DNA from: an uncultured archaeon | GTDB taxonomy: Archaea > Aenigmatarchaeota > Aenigmatarchaeia > QMZP01 > JAFGSV01 | Reading direction: 5' to 3' | DNA length: 19,316 nucleotides | Assembly: GCA_964559215.1 (NCBI GenBank) | Contig: CAZLFZ010000024.1 | Location: forward strand, 1-19,316 | In this document: positions 15,096 through 19,316 of the stretch, one piece after another | How positions within the stretch are numbered: the first letter of the stretch is position 1 | How the letters are laid out: each line of letters starts with the position of its first letter | Position numbers and translations under genes: made by a program | Notes under the pieces: generated by a model | What the model was told of the DNA's origin: nothing | Seen by the model: the letters and a program-made list of their open reading frames with translations, nothing else | Database searches by the model: none

Positions 15096-16193
15096 TCACT
15101 TACCCGGCTTTCCAGACTTCTCCATCCTGACTTCCAGCTCAGTCTTTTGCTCCTCGTAGCGCTGCATGAGTTTTTTGAACGTTCCCTTGTCTATCTTCCT
15201 GTTTAAGAATTTTCGCTCGGTCGCTTTGATGATACGCTGCAGTTCGTCATACCTTTTTTCCAGTTTGCCCTTTTCGGCGGTGGGGAATGCCCCTTTCAGC
15301 GCATCAAGTCCAAGCTTTTTCCTCTCGGAGCCCCTGACGATTCGTTGCTTGTCATGTATCTCTTTTAGCTTGAGCGCTTCCATGGCGTCGCGCATGTCGT
15401 GCTGGGTTTCCTCCGATTCGATCTCCATTTCCGCCTCCCTTTTGACCCTTTCCCTTTCGAGCTCGTCCAGGACCTGCTCCCTGCTCTCAACGGTGCCCTT
15501 TATTTCCCCGACTTCCCTCTCATGAATCGCCTTCTCGGTTTCGAGTTCGAGTTCGGTCTCGGCCTTTTCCGTTTCCTCACGTATCACGCCCCGCTTTCTC
15601 AGGTAATCCTGGTACTCACCGGGCAGCACGAACTGCACCGAGAACGAGAGCAACTCAAGGCCACTAGGTTCGAGCTTCTTCCTGAGCCCGACCTCGGCGG
15701 ATACTTGGATCTCACGTCCCGTCTTCCTGTCTCCCTGCAACTGGTCTATGCTTTTTTTCTTTACGACCGGCGCCATGACAGATGTAACGATTTCGCTTTG
15801 CAGCTCTGACCATAGGTCCTCGTTAGTGATGACATCCTTCCTGCTCATCGTGGCGGAGCTCAGCTTATCCGGGTCAGCCACCACGAACTTCATCTCTACG
15901 GCAGCGATGATCTCCTTGTCATCACGTGTCCACAGGTCTTTCACCTCCCTCCTGATTACGTGAGGGGACTTGTCCACGAAAATGATGTTCCTGGCGGAAC
16001 CGGAGAACAAGCCACCCACCTTGTGTGTCCCGTGTTCGAATGTTCTCACGACCTTGCCTTCCTCCTCAAGGAGAGCCACTTCCCCGTCCAGAACATGGAT
16101 TTTCTTGCTTAGCAGGCCACCTACCTGGAAGGAGTTGATTCTCTGCGCCACGACTGCATCAGACCTCTCCCATTTCTTGGCCATGTTTATCAT
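15096..16193 (-). CDS. SPFH/band-7 (flotillin/stomatin-like) domain protein with long E/K-rich coiled-coil C-terminus
   Basis: The SPFH-like core is VIRREVKDLWTRDDKEIIAAVEMKFVVADPDKL...LQGDRKTGREIQ...GLELLSFSVQFVLP. This is followed by an ETEKAETELELETEKA...REAEMEIESEE flotillin-type coiled coil. There is no N-terminal TM helix. The likely start is M4 (16184), with TTTAAAATA about 25 nt upstream. Confidence 0.7.
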   Translation of the reverse strand: MINMAKKWERSDAVVAQRINSFQVGGLLSKKIHVLDGEVALLEEEGKVVRTFEHGTHKVGGLFSGSARNIIFVDKSPHVIRREVKDLWTRDDKEIIAAVEMKFVVADPDKLSSATMSRKDVITNEDLWSELQSEIVTSVMAPVVKKKSIDQLQGDRKTGREIQVSAEVGLRKKLEPSGLELLSFSVQFVLPGEYQDYLRKRGVIREETEKAETELELETEKAIHEREVGEIKGTVESREQVLDELERERVKREAEMEIESEETQHDMRDAMEALKLKEIHDKQRIVRGSERKKLGLDALKGAFPTAEKGKLEKRYDELQRIIKATERKFLNRKIDKGTFKKLMQRYEEQKTELEVRMEKSGKPGK

Positions 16194-16204
16194 TTATAGT
16201 CTTG

Positions 16205-16249
16205 TATTTTAAATTCATCCGAAGAAGAAATAAAAAACTTTAAAAAACT
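16205..16249 (-). terminator. oligo-T terminator-like tracts after the 575-aa gene, followed by the TATA box of the SPFH operon
   Basis: The minus strand reads GTTTTTTAAAGTTTTTTATTTCTTCTTC immediately 3' of the stop at 16250. Confidence 0.3.
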
Positions 16250-17977
16250 TCAAACATCTGTCCTCTGAACGACAGAGTCACTGATTTTCGTTTTCTTCTC
16301 CGTGACCTCCCCATCCTCGCCGCCGCTTGCTATCTTCGACCTCTGGACTATGGAATCGACTATGTTGACTATCTTCTTTATCTCCACTTTTTCGACCTCG
16401 CTTGCATCGGTTTCGGTCTTTATGGTGTACCGGATTATATTGGCCACCCTCTCCAGGGTCGGAACCAGGGTCTCCCTGTTCTCCGAGCATAGTTTAAGGA
16501 TGAGATGAACGAACCCCTCGTCTTCCTTGATGACTATGGTCAGCATGTAATGGATTTCATCCAGCCTGAAAGAATAGAGCAGCATCCTCTCGTGCTCGAA
16601 CTCGTGCTTTGCCACCAGCGCCATGTCATGGCAGTTCTCCTCAACGTGATGCAGCACGACGTCCAGGCCAGCTCCCCTCAGGGTGTACCCCCGCTGCTGG
16701 TTCCACTCCTTTTTGCTCAGGGACACGTAATAGCTCTCGCTAAGCGGGTAGGCCGTTATGCTGCTGTCAAAGTGCCTCTTTTCCTGCCTGAATTCCTCGC
16801 GTTTGGCGAACACCTTGCGCTCCGGGTGTTCATGTTCCAGCACCTCAGCTGTTATGTCGGGCACCCTGGCTTCGTATTCTATCCCGTTCTCATCAAGCAT
16901 AACGATTCTGCCGCTTGCGATTTTCTGCATACCGAGGATGCTTGGCTTTATCTTCCAATCCGTTCCCTTTTCCTCACCAGGGGCTATTTCTTCGAAGGCG
17001 CTCGGGCTTGACTGCACCGCCGTTATCTGGTCCGCGAAGTCAACATCCAGTTTTATATCGTGCACCGATTTTGAGGAAAGATTCTTTACAAGGATTACCA
17101 GTTCGCTGGTCTTGTTTATGATGGGATCCGGGCTTGTGTACGAGTTTACCTGTATCCTGGGCCTGACGAGTACCCTTGCCGGCTCCAGTTCCATGTCAAT
17201 GGTGTTACCCTTTGCATTCTTCCAGGTGATGAAATTGTAAGGTGACAGCATCCGGCCAAGCCTACCCGTGGTGTCGTACGAGAAGATTTTGACCTCTCCG
17301 GGCTTGAGGCCTGCTATCTCGTGCGTCAGTTTCGCGTCCCTGTCCCCGATCGTGATGTTCTTGATTACGCCCCTGCTATGGTTTTCTATCACCACTTCGA
17401 ACCTGACAGGGTCGTATTCCACCACCTCGCTCTTTTCCGCGTACTGGTCCACCGTGGGATGCGACACGAGGTGCTTTAGCCTGTCGATCTCGAGTTCCGT
17501 TTCATCGTCCCTTTCAATGTCGTATGCCTTTCCATAGAATTTGATGGCCTTTTCCAGGTCTCCGCCATCCTTGCACGCTTGGCCAGCTATCTGGTAGCAC
17601 CACTTCGCTGCATAGTTGCTCTTGGAGAGAGTGAAACACTCTGCCCCCTTGATGGCGTAGTCGACAGCGTTTTTGTAGTCGTTCTTATCTTTTGATGCTA
17701 TGGCAGCGGACCTGTAAGACCAGCCCGCGTTGAACAGCTTCCCATCCCTTTCGCTGTTGCCTGCGGCGAGCAGCGCGTACTTTGCGCTGTCGTCCCATTT
17801 CCTGGCCCTTCTCGCCAGGACAGACGCCATCTGGTACAGCCAGGCGGTCCTCGCCCTGTCCCCCTTTTTCGAACTCGAGTCAATTTTTTTCAGTAATTTG
17901 ACGATTGATTTCTCGTATTCTCCCCTTTTCAAAGGGGCCGATTCCGGCTTTTCGGCCAGCCAGTCAAAAATCGACAT
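16250..17977 (-). CDS. multidomain protein: N-terminal TPR/SNAP-like helical repeats, central beta-sandwich region, C-terminal alpha/beta domain (possibly roadblock/LC7-like)
   Basis: Residues 40-170 show repeated A/Y/W-spaced helices (WLYQMASVLARRARKWDDSAKYALLAAG...AIKFYGKAYDIE). The middle region has alternating hydrophobic beta-strands. No P-loop is present. Confidence 0.65.
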   Translation of the reverse strand: MSIFDWLAEKPESAPLKRGEYEKSIVKLLKKIDSSSKKGDRARTAWLYQMASVLARRARKWDDSAKYALLAAGNSERDGKLFNAGWSYRSAAIASKDKNDYKNAVDYAIKGAECFTLSKSNYAAKWCYQIAGQACKDGGDLEKAIKFYGKAYDIERDDETELEIDRLKHLVSHPTVDQYAEKSEVVEYDPVRFEVVIENHSRGVIKNITIGDRDAKLTHEIAGLKPGEVKIFSYDTTGRLGRMLSPYNFITWKNAKGNTIDMELEPARVLVRPRIQVNSYTSPDPIINKTSELVILVKNLSSKSVHDIKLDVDFADQITAVQSSPSAFEEIAPGEEKGTDWKIKPSILGMQKIASGRIVMLDENGIEYEARVPDITAEVLEHEHPERKVFAKREEFRQEKRHFDSSITAYPLSESYYVSLSKKEWNQQRGYTLRGAGLDVVLHHVEENCHDMALVAKHEFEHERMLLYSFRLDEIHYMLTIVIKEDEGFVHLILKLCSENRETLVPTLERVANIIRYTIKTETDASEVEKVEIKKIVNIVDSIVQRSKIASGGEDGEVTEKKTKISDSVVQRTDV

Positions 17978-17997
17978 AATTATTTAATGGCAGAAAG

Positions 17998-18013
17998 GAT
18001 TATATTTATAGGT
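17998..18013. promoter_or_regulatory. shared AT-rich TATA element (GGATTATATTTATAGG) in the divergent intergenic region
   Basis: It lies about 24-33 nt upstream of the minus-strand start at 17977 and about 50 nt upstream of the plus-strand small ORF, which has its own AGGTGA Shine-Dalgarno 8 nt before the ATG. Confidence 0.3.
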
Positions 18014-18059
18014 GTTTTTGCAATTAATCGTAATTCATTTTGGCGCCTCAGGTGATTAT

Positions 18060-18176
18060 ATGGCAAAATACGAATGTCTCAAGTGCGGGTGGACTGGGAA
18101 GCCCCTTGTGATGCAGCCCGTGACGAGGGTCTGCCCAAAATGCGGCTCCGTGCAGCTGGAAAAGATAAAGAAATAG
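18060..18176 (+). CDS. small zinc-ribbon protein (38 aa), absent from the ORF track
   Basis: The sequence is MAKYECLKCGWTGKPLVMQPVTRVCPKCGSVQLEKIKK, with two CxxC pairs 20 residues apart. An AGGTGA Shine-Dalgarno lies 8 nt upstream. Confidence 0.45.
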   Translation: MAKYECLKCGWTGKPLVMQPVTRVCPKCGSVQLEKIKK

Positions 18177-18280
18177 CCGCCGACTTTTCCCACTCCTAGG
18201 GGGGGTTAAGGTTTTAAAACTTTTACCCTTCGTACTTTTATGATATATGATATATAATGCTAGGAGATTTAGGAGATAAT

Positions 18281-18520
18281 ATGCCAGAGACGTTAGAAAC
18301 AGACAGCTCGCTTAGAACATTAAGAGGTACTGTCGGCGATATATGTCAGGGTGGCAGGGCGTTTGACCTGTACACCAAGGGGATGTTTGACGACCCCGTA
18401 ACTGTTTATTTGAATGAGCCTGACCCGAGCTTGGCTGTCGGCAGGGAAGTCGAGGTTTCGATCGAAGAAATGGAAACGGGAGCCTGTGAAGTGAATGCGA
18501 AATCTATCAGATACGTGTAA
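18281..18520 (+). CDS. hypothetical small acidic protein (79 aa)
   Basis: GGAG lies 5 nt upstream of ATG 18281. The track start at 18257 has no Shine-Dalgarno. There is no recognisable motif. Confidence 0.4.
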   Translation: MPETLETDSSLRTLRGTVGDICQGGRAFDLYTKGMFDDPVTVYLNEPDPSLAVGREVEVSIEEMETGACEVNAKSIRYV

Positions 18521-18597
18521 ACTACCCACAGCTAAAGCATGTGGGCTTCCTTGCGGCATTGGGTGAAATGTGGGAAATCCTCGGAAACAAATAAGCA

Positions 18598-19227
18598 TCA
18601 AATCTTCTTTATCTTCCCTGGCGTTGGCTCGTAGCATATCCCCTCGCCCAGCAGCTCGTTGATGACGTTTTCCAGCTCTTCTTCAGGGATCCCAGCCTTT
18701 TCCACCAGTTCGCTGTACTTGATTCCGTCTTTGCTGCCTTCTATGATGGACAGCATCTTACGCCTGAGCTGGTCTTCATCTATCTTGGCAGGTTCCGATG
18801 CCTTCTCTTCCTCCCCGGCTTCTTCCTTTTTTTCCAGGCGCGCCAGGATTTCGAGCCTCAGCATGCTCTCCTGATCAGGGCCGACTGGCAGGATGATCTC
18901 CGGAACGATGTATATGTCGCCCTCGTACTCCCGGACTTTTCCTATAAGGTTCACAAGGTCTCCAACGTTGGTTTCCACGATAAGTCCAGTCTCCCTCCAC
19001 AGCTTCCCCTGGATCGTGGCCGTGGAATCGTCCACCGTGATGGATGCGAAGTTGCCGTCCTCCGAAACGAATTTTGTGACGATGGTGCCGATTATCCTGG
19101 CCCTGGATATGTTTTCCTTGCGTGGGGTTATCACAAAACTTGGCTCCATGCCTTCTCGTTTGACCCATTCCCCGCTCACCAGGTCCACAATCCTCACTTT
19201 GATGGCTGTCTGTCTTTGCACAGGCAT
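18598..19227 (-). CDS. OB-fold nucleic-acid-binding protein with C-terminal winged-helix (RPA2/Stn1-like architecture)
   Basis: An OB-like beta-barrel segment (IKVRIVDL...ARIIGTIVTKF...ITVDDSTATIQGKLW...GDLVNLIGKV) is followed by an acidic linker and a wH-like C-terminus (KMLSIIEGSKDGIKYSELVEKAGIPEEELENVINELL). Confidence 0.5.
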   Translation of the reverse strand: MPVQRQTAIKVRIVDLVSGEWVKREGMEPSFVITPRKENISRARIIGTIVTKFVSEDGNFASITVDDSTATIQGKLWRETGLIVETNVGDLVNLIGKVREYEGDIYIVPEIILPVGPDQESMLRLEILARLEKKEEAGEEEKASEPAKIDEDQLRRKMLSIIEGSKDGIKYSELVEKAGIPEEELENVINELLGEGICYEPTPGKIKKI

Positions 19228-19316
19228 AACTAGAATATGGTGCTCATATTTATACCCTTTTCGGCCTTGCTGGAATTTTTAATCAAATTTTTAATCAAAG
19301 AAAACAAAGATAGGTT

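Noticed and set aside
1-19316. CRISPR arrays, rRNA genes, transposases/integrases and prophage remnants
   Set aside because: No spaced direct-repeat array was seen. There are no rRNA-like conserved stretches. No ORF carries DDE, tyrosine-recombinase or serine-recombinase motifs. The only large repeat is the pilin tandem duplication.

Overview
The window reads as archaeal chromosomal DNA of moderate GC content, and it encodes several archaeal markers. These are an MC1-type chromatin protein, prefoldin alpha, Pth2 peptidyl-tRNA hydrolase, GGGP synthase, class-III-signal-peptide pilins with an A24 prepilin peptidase, and an ArsA/Get3-like ATPase. From 5' to 3' it holds: an intron-containing tRNA on the minus strand (probably Tyr); a secreted surface protein; and two tandem plus-strand tRNAs that share a homologous intron inside the T-loop, the first with two further insertions. 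Next come the prepilin peptidase, MC1, an SDR-family epimerase, a GGGPS-Get3 pair, a ~785-bp ORF-free stretch with a long imperfect hairpin that is a candidate ncRNA, and a HAD hydrolase translationally coupled to a membrane-anchored VRR-NUC-like nuclease. These are followed by prefoldin, Pth2, two tandemly duplicated pilin genes that are DNA-identical over 448 bp, an HDAC-family protein, a tightly packed minus-strand cluster (TPR multidomain protein / SPFH-flotillin-like / two small paralogous acidic proteins / Cys-rich Zn-finger protein), a small Zn-ribbon ORF and an OB-fold/winged-helix protein. No CRISPR array, rRNA or recognisable transposase/integrase was found. All protein calls rest on motifs I recognise by eye in the translations; no database search could be run.
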